Virus record (IMG/VR): IMGVR_UViG_3300037193_001286
Coordinates: 9,859-73,858 of that record
Strand: one strand, 5' to 3'
Source of the DNA: a virus
Length of the DNA: 64,000 nt
Shown here: in pieces, positions 46,672-54,934 of the stretch
How positions within the stretch are numbered: position 1 is the first letter of the stretch
Layout of the letters: the number at the start of each line of letters is the position of its first letter
The notes under the pieces: generated by a model
What the model was told of the DNA's origin: nothing
Seen by the model: only the letters and a program-made list of their open reading frames with translations
Databases searched by the model: none
Position numbers and translations under genes: made by a program

Positions 46672-48222
46672 CTATTCGAGCGTCTGTAACGTCCAGCGCA
46701 TGATGCCGTTACGGTCCGGCTTGCCGACCAGTTTCCGCCGCAGCAGCACACGATCCTTCCATCGCTTCAGCCAGTAGCCGAACTGGCGCGCGTCGAGGTC
46801 GCCCTTGACGTTGCTGGCTACCTGCTTGACGACTTCCTGCCAGATGCCGGTGTCGGAAGTGATCAGGTGCGCGGCCGTGTCCTGAATGAAACCACCGTCA
46901 AGTTCGGTCGGCCAGTTCATGAAGACCGCTTCCGCCTTGTTGCGCTCCTCGTCATTGGCGCGAAGGCTGGTCATCGACACGCAAGGGTCTTCGTAGCCCA
47001 GCCAGCAGAGCGCTTCGCGAACCGTCTTCGACCATCGCTCATAGGACGCCAGCGGCGGCAGACGCGCCGGGCGCTTGGCCTTGAGGTAGGAGCTGACGAC
47101 GGTCAAGGCTGCGGCGACATACCGTCCCCGGTCAACGAGGATGTGCCGATCCGGGCGGCCCCGATATTCGTGCTCCTCCGGCTTCTCCTCGTTGCGGTCC
47201 ACGGTTGCCAGAATGGTGCGGCGCGTCAGGTCCGCCATCACCTGCAAATGGTTGCCGTTGGCGAACCATGTCACCCGTTGCTCGATCCGCGTGAGACTGG
47301 ATGTGCCCAGCGGCCGGACGTCCACCACCGGTTCCGTCAGCGCCTGGCACAAGAGCGGCGAGTTGATCCGGTTGACGACGTTGTCGAGCGAGATGATCGG
47401 CATCCCCGCCATCATCACCGCCGTCAGGCGCTTTTCGAATTCCTCGCCCTTCTCTGCCGGTGGAATGACCGGGCATGGTCGGCCGGTGGCGATAAGGCTG
47501 GCGAGAGTCGACAGGTAGCTCTTGCCTGAACCGGGTGTCGGCGCTGTCACCGCGTGCAGCGGTGCTGTCGGCAGGATGCCACGGCAGACCGGCGTGATCA
47601 GCATCGAGAGCGCCACCGAACGCGATTCCTCGCCGACGAACTGGTATTCCTCAAGCAGCTCGTGCAGGACGTTGATCGCGCCGATGGCCTCGCCCTTGTC
47701 CGGCTCACTCTTTATCGCTGGCAGCGCCGGAAGATCGGCGAGCAACAACCTCGACGGTCGGTGCACGCCGGGTTCATCGACGATGTCGCCGTTTGATTCC
47801 AGCGTCTGCGCCGGGACGATGTTCGTCACTTCCGGAAATGGCCAGTGGCCGATCCGCGAGAGGATCAGCCTGGCGATGCTCTCCGGCGCATCGGTCATCA
47901 CCCAATCGCGCCGCCGATTGTCGTACTTGAAGAAGATGCAGGCTTCTTCCATCAGATGGATCATTCGGCCCATGGTCACCGCCACAAGCCGGACGTTGCG
48001 GACCGGGATGTATTCGCCACCTTCCTCGCCAACCGTGTCGGCCTCGATTGCTATCACCAGCTGGCCAGCCGAGACGTAAACCGGGACATCGCGTTCCAGA
48101 ATTGCGTCCTCGACTTCGATGCAGGTCGCGACCTGAGTGCCGGGCATGAGTTCGATTCGTTTGCGGTCCAGTTTTGGCGTCTTGTTGAGCATTTTTTCTT
48201 TCCCGTCATCGTCATCGGTCAT
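46672..48222 (-). CDS. P-loop replication helicase / primase-associated domain protein
   Basis: PGSGKS.L, DNV, NGN and DL.RR motifs with C-terminal winged-helix-like segment; start re-assigned to ATG 48222. Confidence 0.75.
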   Translation of the reverse strand: MTDDDDGKEKMLNKTPKLDRKRIELMPGTQVATCIEVEDAILERDVPVYVSAGQLVIAIEADTVGEEGGEYIPVRNVRLVAVTMGRMIHLMEEACIFFKYDNRRRDWVMTDAPESIARLILSRIGHWPFPEVTNIVPAQTLESNGDIVDEPGVHRPSRLLLADLPALPAIKSEPDKGEAIGAINVLHELLEEYQFVGEESRSVALSMLITPVCRGILPTAPLHAVTAPTPGSGKSYLSTLASLIATGRPCPVIPPAEKGEEFEKRLTAVMMAGMPIISLDNVVNRINSPLLCQALTEPVVDVRPLGTSSLTRIEQRVTWFANGNHLQVMADLTRRTILATVDRNEEKPEEHEYRGRPDRHILVDRGRYVAAALTVVSSYLKAKRPARLPPLASYERWSKTVREALCWLGYEDPCVSMTSLRANDEERNKAEAVFMNWPTELDGGFIQDTAAHLITSDTGIWQEVVKQVASNVKGDLDARQFGYWLKRWKDRVLLRRKLVGKPDRNGIMRWTLQTLE

Positions 48223-49682
48223 GCGAACAACCATTGATTTGAGCGAAGCATCAGCACCTGTTTCTTGGCGCGGGTGATGCCGGTGTAGACCAGACGTCGC
48301 GCTTCCAGAGCGTCGCCGTTCCAGCCGGAATAGAGAAAGATCACGCGCCCGAACTCCGCGCCCTGGACGGCGTGAACCGTCACGGCCCACGCGTATTCCA
48401 GCACCGTTACCAGCGCTTCGCGATCATAGGTTTCCTGAAAGTATTCGACTTCGCCCTTGGCCTTATCGATGGCCCGGCGATAGTCCGCCTCGTCGCCGTC
48501 CTGATAGGCCCATTGCAGCATCGAAAGCGGGAAATAAAGCGGCTCCGGCTCAAACACTCTCGGCATCTCCCGGTTCGGCGTGCCGTCCTCATACGCCCGC
48601 TTCAGCCAGATTCTCCGCAGATGTTCGTGGTCGATCAGATCGAGCCGCAGATAGCCCTCCGGCGCATAGTCCGCATCCTTCGGCGGGAACGCCAGCTCCT
48701 TGCCCAGCGTCAGCATCATGGCGTTCTCAAAACCGTACTTGTTGCGCCGCCGCACGAGGAACCGGTCGCCGCGCATCAGCGGCCGGTCAATGCCGCAGCG
48801 GAATAGCGCCCTGCGGATCGCCGTCGTCGCCAGCCGTCTCAGCCGGTGATAAGGGGCGATGATGATGTCGGCCGCCCTTCCCCATCGTCCCCATTCCTCG
48901 TCATCGATATTGGCGAATGGCTGCTGGCGGCGGAAGGACGGCGAGGTGCGGACCGTGAACTGGCCATAATCGCCATCGTCGAAATGCGCCTGATCCTGCC
49001 GGAACAGGTTGCCGATCTGCGGGATGTTTGTCCCGCTGCCGCGCTCGATCTTCGTCAGCTCGTAGCCGACCGGGATCGTCTCGAATGCATTGTGGTGATG
49101 GCCAACCGGTGGGAGCTGGAAACTGTCGCCCAGAAGCAGGATGCGGCATTTGGTATGCTCGACGATGTAATCGTAAATTTCCGGCTTCACCATCGAGTAT
49201 TCGTCGATCACGAGGATGTCATTCTCGCCAAGCTTCGTCACTTGGCCTTGCGTGTCGAGGACGAAAATGTCCTTGAGGTATCGATCAACGTCGACCAGTT
49301 TCGAGCGCAACCATGGCCGCGTGTCCTGCGTCAGCTCGCCGCGCTCAACCCGCTGTTCCAGTCCGGCGAGCGCCTTGAGATATTCAGGTGTCTCGATCTT
49401 CTCGTGGCGGTAAAAGAGGGCGGCGACGGTCTTGCAGGGGATCGGGCAATTCTTCAATTCGAGGCTGTTGGACAACCGTTTGGTGGCGATGTGCGAGACG
49501 CTTGATCCGATGGCTTCGACGCCGGGAAGCCGATTGAGAATGTGCGGGACGGTGTATGTCTTGCCGGTTCCGGCCGCGCCGTCGAGTTTGAACCATCGGT
49601 CGTTTTCGAAGGCCTTCAGCGCTGCCTCGACTGCGTGCTGCTGCCCGCCGTTCAGGACGCTCGCGCCGGTCCGCCGCCTCAT
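48219..49682 (-). CDS. RecD/Dda-like SF1 helicase
   Basis: GAAGTGKT, IDEYSMV, GD.FQLPPV, YA.TVH..QG.EF and YTGITRAK motifs. Confidence 0.9.
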   Translation of the reverse strand: MRRRTGASVLNGGQQHAVEAALKAFENDRWFKLDGAAGTGKTYTVPHILNRLPGVEAIGSSVSHIATKRLSNSLELKNCPIPCKTVAALFYRHEKIETPEYLKALAGLEQRVERGELTQDTRPWLRSKLVDVDRYLKDIFVLDTQGQVTKLGENDILVIDEYSMVKPEIYDYIVEHTKCRILLLGDSFQLPPVGHHHNAFETIPVGYELTKIERGSGTNIPQIGNLFRQDQAHFDDGDYGQFTVRTSPSFRRQQPFANIDDEEWGRWGRAADIIIAPYHRLRRLATTAIRRALFRCGIDRPLMRGDRFLVRRRNKYGFENAMMLTLGKELAFPPKDADYAPEGYLRLDLIDHEHLRRIWLKRAYEDGTPNREMPRVFEPEPLYFPLSMLQWAYQDGDEADYRRAIDKAKGEVEYFQETYDREALVTVLEYAWAVTVHAVQGAEFGRVIFLYSGWNGDALEARRLVYTGITRAKKQVLMLRSNQWLFA

Positions 49683-50308
49683 TGATCACCTCCCATGGGG
49701 TTTTCGCGCGCGATCCGCTTCAGCGCCGTAAGCATCTCGGCGCGTGTCAATCGCAAGCCTTGCCGCAGCAAATACTCATAGAGGCCGGAGGCATCCGTCT
49801 CGGTGAGCACCCGCATGGTGAAGTCCGGTTCCCAGTCGTCCGGAAGGCGACCCTTGAGCATGATCTTTTTGGTCGCCAGATCGAAACCAAGGATACCAGA
49901 AAGCGCCGGGTCTTCCCTCATCGCAATCGCGGCGTTTGCCGCTCCCTTGAGCGGTTTGCCGGTGTCGTCCCGGATGAGTTGCTGATGCCATTCCGGCGTT
50001 TGCGGCTTTCGCGGTCGCGGCGGATTGAAGCCGCGCTGCCGGTATTCCTCGGCGAATTTGCGGAACTGATCTTTCTGGCAATCCGGCCGGTGCGTCTCGC
50101 CCTGGTCGGCGTCGCACCAGAGGCATCCGCCATCGTGGCGAACGGCTTGCTCGAATTCCGGGCCGAACGTCCCGTTCCTCAGCGCCATGAAGAAAGTCAC
50201 GAACGATCGACGATCGAGGTCAACGAGGAAGCGGAGCATATCCTTAGACATCGCCCCTCCCCCAGTCCTCGACGAGCTGGATGCGCTCGCCAACCCAACG
50301 ACCGACAT
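49679..50308 (-). CDS. Protein resembling the N-terminal region of VapE/VirE replication proteins
   Basis: G.P....AN...A...DP.L.G.L.FD and R.LTE.D motifs; start uncertain. Confidence 0.5.
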   Translation of the reverse strand: MSVVGLASASSSSRTGGGAMSKDMLRFLVDLDRRSFVTFFMALRNGTFGPEFEQAVRHDGGCLWCDADQGETHRPDCQKDQFRKFAEEYRQRGFNPPRPRKPQTPEWHQQLIRDDTGKPLKGAANAAIAMREDPALSGILGFDLATKKIMLKGRLPDDWEPDFTMRVLTETDASGLYEYLLRQGLRLTRAEMLTALKRIARENPMGGDQ

Positions 50309-51554
50309 TGACCGCCCATGCGTTGCCTATCGCCCGGTAGCGTGGCCCGTCCGGCGAGTGTGCCCTGCCGCGCCATGGAACATTGGTCCAGTCGTCCGGC
50401 AGCCCTTGCAGACGTTCGCATTCTCGCGGGGTTAATCGGCGAACCGCGTAGGCGGTCGGCACGAAGGCACCCTGATCGAGATCGTTGCGCCAACCGCGCG
50501 CGCCGTCGCCAGCGCCCAACGGCTGGGCCACCGCCAGCTGGCCGCCGGCGTTTGCGTGGCTGCCGTCGAAGTTCATCGCCCGCATCGCAGGTGTTGCGCC
50601 GTCGTCGCCGAAACCATGCCGTTTGGAATCGAAGGCGACCGCTTGGCTGTAGCCGTCCTCGTCGAGGGAACCGGGGATGTCGGCGGGCACAGGATCCTGT
50701 CGCGCATTGAACGCGATCAGCGCGCCTCGCTCGCTCGGCATGCGGTTGGTGCTCGCGGCCATGCCAGCGGTGAGCGCATGAGCGATCATCGTCTGGCCTT
50801 CATCCATGGTGGTATTGACGCCCTTGTGCATGCGGGCTGTCAGGCCGTTGGCAACTCCGGGGACGGCGATGATGTCGTCCTGTCCTCTGGAGTCTCCGGG
50901 TCGTTCAACGCCCCGGCCACTGCCTGTAAGGCATGAAGCAGTAGGTCGGGCATAACCTTGCCCCGACGCGCGGCGCGGCGCAGGATTCCAGCGCAGGCTT
51001 TCCGGCTCAAGTAATACTTGCGCGGGACGTCGCCAGTCGGTTCCAAGATATCCGACAACGAACACACGGTTCCGTCGTTGGGGGACGGCGCGAGCGTGAC
51101 CGGCCACTCGGACATATTGAGCGTCAAGCACTCGCCAGGCCGCAGAATACCCGCTGACTTCCAGCCCTCTGAGGAGCGTTTCAAAAGCCCGTCCTTGGTC
51201 CTGCGACAGGACACCGGGGACATTCTCCCATATGATCCACTGGGGGCGATAATGGCGAATGATCGCCAGATAGGCGAACATGAGTCCGCCACGCGGGTCA
51301 TCCAGTCCCTTGCGCAATCCGGCGATAGAAAATGACTGACAGGGGCTTCCGCCGCAAACAAGGTCAACTGATCCAAGGTCTGGCCACCCTTCATATGCGG
51401 TCACGTCACCAAGGTTGGCGACATCCGGGAACCGATGCGCGAGAACGGCGGATGCGAACCTGTCCACCTCGGCATGGGCGACGCACTGCCAGCCAAGCGG
51501 CTCGAATGCGAGCGATGCAGTGCCGATGCCTGAGAACAGGTCGAGATAACGCAT
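50244..51554 (-). CDS. DNA (cytosine-5) methyltransferase
   Basis: FSGIG, GSPCQSFS.AG.R.G, ENVPG, PQRR.RVF, RRLTP.ECERLQG.PD.W and RY.A.GN motifs. Confidence 0.95.
   Translation of the reverse strand: MRYLDLFSGIGTASLAFEPLGWQCVAHAEVDRFASAVLAHRFPDVANLGDVTAYEGWPDLGSVDLVCGGSPCQSFSIAGLRKGLDDPRGGLMFAYLAIIRHYRPQWIIWENVPGVLSQDQGRAFETLLRGLEVSGYSAAWRVLDAQYVRVAGHARAVPQRRNRVFVVGYLGTDWRRPAQVLLEPESLRWNPAPRRASGQGYARPTASCLTGSGRGVERPGDSRGQDDIIAVPGVANGLTARMHKGVNTTMDEGQTMIAHALTAGMAASTNRMPSERGALIAFNARQDPVPADIPGSLDEDGYSQAVAFDSKRHGFGDDGATPAMRAMNFDGSHANAGGQLAVAQPLGAGDGARGWRNDLDQGAFVPTAYAVRRLTPRECERLQGLPDDWTNVPWRGRAHSPDGPRYRAIGNAWAVNVGRWVGERIQLVEDWGRGDV
50840..51394 (-). CDS. Nested alternative-frame ORF inside the C5 MTase gene (putative second subunit)
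   Basis: 184-aa open frame with ECLTLN.SEW and CSLSDILE...P.KYYLS.KAC.GILRRA.RRGK motifs. Confidence 0.65.
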   Translation of the reverse strand: MKGGQTLDQLTLFAAEAPVSHFLSPDCARDWMTRVADSCSPIWRSFAIIAPSGSYGRMSPVSCRRTKDGLLKRSSEGWKSAGILRPGECLTLNMSEWPVTLAPSPNDGTVCSLSDILEPTGDVPRKYYLSRKACAGILRRAARRGKVMPDLLLHALQAVAGALNDPETPEDRTTSSPSPELPTA

Positions 51555-51561
51555 TTCAGGC

Positions 51562-51759
51562 TCACTCTCCTTCTTCTCCTCTGGCCTTCATCATCTCGTC
51601 GGCAATGAAGTACGCGCGATCCCAGACGTCGCCGCCCGCGTTGTTGGCGAGCAGCCCGACAAGCGCCTGTCCGGCGAACCAATCACGCAGGTCCATGCCG
51701 CGAGCCGGATCGCCCCAGCTCTCAGGTGGCGACAGCGCTGGGAAGGCTGGGATGCTCAT
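51562..51759 (-). CDS. Small conserved phage protein
   Basis: GM.LRDWFAGQAL.G and AY..AD.M..AR motifs. Confidence 0.75.
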   Translation of the reverse strand: MSIPAFPALSPPESWGDPARGMDLRDWFAGQALVGLLANNAGGDVWDRAYFIADEMMKARGEEGE

Positions 51760-52274
51760 GCCATCTTCTCCCAGAAGCGGATTTCATGGACGGATGAGGC
51801 CCAGAGGCCGATCAGGATCGCCTCGGCTTCATCGACGGATCGGTATTTGATGTTCAGGTGCTGGCAGGTCTCTTTGGCGCGGCGCTTGGCCACCTCGCGC
51901 GACAGCTTTCCGTCGCCCAGAATTGCCGCTCGCCATGTGGCGACCGCGACGCCCAGAAGGTGGATGTCGAGCGCTGCGCCGACGCCAATGATCGCGCCTT
52001 CGATATTGTGCAGGATCATCGACGCCGCGTTCGGCGTGACGAACCCTTCGTTACCGGGCAGCAGTCCCTTCTTGCCGTACATCTTGATCGAGCGGATCGC
52101 CCGTTCGAAGACAATGACCTTCGGTCGCCACTCGCCGACAAGCAGCGTGAACTTCTGGGCGAAGTCCTCGACGCCATCGGATCGCAACGTGCCGGATGCC
52201 ATGCACTCTCGACCGTCGAAGATCGCCCAACCGGACGCGGTCTTGGATGGATCGACGGCGAGGACGCGCATCAT
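51756..52274 (-). CDS. RuvC-like Holliday junction resolvase
   Basis: VLAVDPS...SGWA, VFE, TWR and DEAEAI.I motifs. Confidence 0.8.
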   Translation of the reverse strand: MMRVLAVDPSKTASGWAIFDGRECMASGTLRSDGVEDFAQKFTLLVGEWRPKVIVFERAIRSIKMYGKKGLLPGNEGFVTPNAASMILHNIEGAIIGVGAALDIHLLGVAVATWRAAILGDGKLSREVAKRRAKETCQHLNIKYRSVDEAEAILIGLWASSVHEIRFWEKMA

Positions 52275-53749
52275 GCCGCACCCCCGAACAATGGCCCGGC
52301 GTCGAGTTCGGCTTTTCCGGATCGCTTGATAATCTCGCGCGCTTTCTCATCCGGCCCGGCGAGGCAGAGCCGCATGCGTTCGGCGATGTCTTGCTGATAT
52401 TCCGGTTCGCGCTCGACCAGGATCGCGTTGAAGCCTTCGCGCCAAGCCGCCTCGCCGGTCGTTCCGGTTCCAGCGAATGGATCGAGCACGGTGCCACCGG
52501 GCGGTGTCACCAGCCGCACGAGGTATTGCATCAGATCGACAGGCTTCACGGTCGGATGTTTCGATCCGATGCGGTCCTCGGCGTCGGCTTTGGCAGAATA
52601 GAAAAGGCTCGATGGCGGCACGCCCGCACGGCGCGCGCCCGGTAGCATGGCGAAGTCGGTCGCGCCTGCCTTGTCGTAGCGCCGCAAGGCCGATGGCTCG
52701 TCCGGCCGGGCCGCATAGAAGAAGCGAGCTGCGGAACCTGTGTCCTTCACGCCGGGGCGCGTGATCCCGTTCGCCCCACCATGGTAGCCCATCGTTCCGT
52801 TGGGATCGTTGTTCCCGCCGATCTGCCCATCGACCTGCGGGAAGCACGCGATCACCTCGTCGCTGCCGTCGTGGATGACGTTCGCGGGCCAGCGGCCGGT
52901 CGAGGTGTCGATCTCGCCGGTCCGGTTGCTGCCGTTCTTTCCATCGCCATAGCAGTTCAGAGCCGCTTCGCCGCGATGCGTGAACTTCGGTACGCCGTCC
53001 GGAGCATGAACCCGGCACGCGTCGATGTTCACCGCGCCCGTTTCCCAGAACAGGATGTTGGCCGCGCCGTTCCTTTCGGTGAAGGGCTTCTGGCCCATAT
53101 AGATCGGCTCGATGGCTGGTTTCAGCGACTGCCCGCCGTAGTGCCAGCCGTTCCACCTTGCCGCTTCCGCCGATCCCGGAACGTAAGCGCCCGGTTGATA
53201 GACGCGATCCTCAAGCTTTTCCCAGCTGCCGTCCTTGTTCTGGTCCGCGCCTGGTCGGATGCGGCGCACGGTATTGCCGTTCGCCATCTTCTCACCTTCC
53301 CGGCCCAGCTCCTTGTCGATGGCGCGGGCGGCATTGTGTGCCTTCGGGAACCCGGAACCGAAAATCCATGCGATCAGCGGATGGGTGATGAAGCCCGCGT
53401 CTTCGATGGCGACCGACATTCGGCCGAAGCCGCGCGTCGAGGCGAAGGCCAAAACGTAACCGCCCGGTTTCAGAACGTGGAAGACGGCTTTCCATGTCTC
53501 GACACGGAAAGCGACGTCGCCGCCGTCCCAGAGCTTGTTCATAAAGCCGCGAGCGGTGCGCTGATGCGGCCCGCTTTTCGTCCGAGTCTTGTCGGTTCGA
53601 CCGGTCTTGGCGAAGCGCTTGGTGATACTGTGAAGATGGTACGGCGGATCGCAGACGACGGCATCGACGGAATTCTCCGGCATGGCCGCGAGCGCGTCGA
53701 GGCAGTCGCCGGGATACAGGATGACGCGGCCGTCGAGGAACGAGATCAT
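52271..53749 (-). CDS. DNA amino-methyltransferase (N6-A/N4-C, beta class)
   Basis: GDCL..L, DPPY, W.FGSGFPK, GRWPAN, HPTVKP and LDPFAGTGTT motifs; ATG 53749 overlaps the upstream stop codon. Confidence 0.92.
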   Translation of the reverse strand: MISFLDGRVILYPGDCLDALAAMPENSVDAVVCDPPYHLHSITKRFAKTGRTDKTRTKSGPHQRTARGFMNKLWDGGDVAFRVETWKAVFHVLKPGGYVLAFASTRGFGRMSVAIEDAGFITHPLIAWIFGSGFPKAHNAARAIDKELGREGEKMANGNTVRRIRPGADQNKDGSWEKLEDRVYQPGAYVPGSAEAARWNGWHYGGQSLKPAIEPIYMGQKPFTERNGAANILFWETGAVNIDACRVHAPDGVPKFTHRGEAALNCYGDGKNGSNRTGEIDTSTGRWPANVIHDGSDEVIACFPQVDGQIGGNNDPNGTMGYHGGANGITRPGVKDTGSAARFFYAARPDEPSALRRYDKAGATDFAMLPGARRAGVPPSSLFYSAKADAEDRIGSKHPTVKPVDLMQYLVRLVTPPGGTVLDPFAGTGTTGEAAWREGFNAILVEREPEYQQDIAERMRLCLAGPDEKAREIIKRSGKAELDAGPLFGGAA

Positions 53750-53958
53750 CGGCGAGGTCTCCGATGGTCCCGCTGGTGCCAACAGCGGTCATGGTGCTCT
53801 TCGCAAAAAAACGAGCCGCGAATGACCGGCTTGCCACAAAACATATACCAACCTGTGATGGTATGGTCCTCATGAACCGGGAACCGACACTGCCGGTCAT
53901 TGAGGGTATGGAGGGGTGCATTGCATTGTGACTGCTGGGCCGGTTCAGCTGGCTGCAT
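53746..53958 (-). CDS. GcrA C-terminal-domain-like mini protein
   Basis: L..L...QCRFPV......FCG.P...GS.FCEEH matches the Cys/His C-terminal domain of GcrA; GGAGG RBS; no N-terminal HTH. Confidence 0.75.
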   Translation of the reverse strand: MQPAEPAQQSQCNAPLHTLNDRQCRFPVHEDHTITGWYMFCGKPVIRGSFFCEEHHDRCWHQRDHRRPRR

Positions 53959-54025
53959 GATGGTCCTCCCAAACAATAGTACAGGCACGCGAGCGCGGGA
54001 CGCTCAACGCGAGGGCGGCTGCCTA

Positions 54026-54229
54026 CTAGGTTGCGAACACGTCCGGCCGCAGTCGTTCACGCGGGATTCCGAAGTGCTTTTCGATAAGGACTGCCTTCTC
54101 AGCCGTAATGCGCTTGAGGCCGGTTTCGTAGCGTGAGACCTGCGCGGCAGAAATGCCTAGTTTTGCGGCAATTTCCGCCTGACTCAAAGGGATTGGCTGC
54201 TTCAGTCGCCATTCACGAAGAGGGTGCAT
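54026..54229 (-). CDS. Cro-like HTH repressor
   Basis: LSQ.EIA..LGIS...VSRYETG and GIPR..LRPDVF. Confidence 0.85.
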   Translation of the reverse strand: MHPLREWRLKQPIPLSQAEIAAKLGISAAQVSRYETGLKRITAEKAVLIEKHFGIPRERLRPDVFAT

Positions 54230-54394
54230 GACGGGGAGGATACCCGAAAGGTAACCCCCTTGGAAGGTTAAAAAATCATGTACGGGATTAACCCTAACCT
54301 AGAATACCTCGAAAGTGTCATGTACACGTCACTTGCCTTTTGGGTAAATAACGTACATAAATATAAAACAGTGTTCAGTATCAGGATTCGCGGC

Positions 54395-54718
54395 TTGACA
54401 CAGATAATTTTCTTTTTCCGGGAATGGCGCTTACACGCCCACCTCTCTCAGAAGCAGCTCGCCAAACGCGTGGGGAGGACTGCTGCGACCGTCTCTCGCA
54501 TCGAGAATGGCATGCGTGAAATTACGAGAGACTATTTGGTGAAATTCGCTGAAGCAGTGGGTTGCCGCCCCGGAGACCCCATAAATCGCCCTCCGGAAAA
54601 GATTTCAATCGACGAAATAATTGAGACGAGCGACGCGCACGACGAGGAAACTGAGCGGATCATCAAGCAGAAGGTGATCGAGTTTTTGAAACTCATCGAC
54701 CAGTCAAAAAAAGAATAG
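54395..54718 (+). CDS. CI-like XRE repressor (no peptidase domain)
   Basis: REWR....LSQ.QLA.RVG...TVSRIENG; divergent from the Cro-like gene; TTG start assumed. Confidence 0.75.
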   Translation: MTQIIFFFREWRLHAHLSQKQLAKRVGRTAATVSRIENGMREITRDYLVKFAEAVGCRPGDPINRPPEKISIDEIIETSDAHDEETERIIKQKVIEFLKLIDQSKKE

Positions 54719-54934
54719 CTGATTCGCAGACTTAGCGTTTTATCCCTCCGCCAGAGTGGCTTTGCTGTTGCCTTGTAGTACCTTTTGGGTATTCTGAGAG
54801 CAACAGCAAGCCACTTTTTTTCGCGTTTTACCCCCGCTTCAGGTAACCCCTTTTGCGGGAATGCGATGCCGCGCGATTGAGGGAGTCCACGGCACCGAAA
54901 CGACAATAATCCCTCCTAACCAGAGGAAAGTGCC

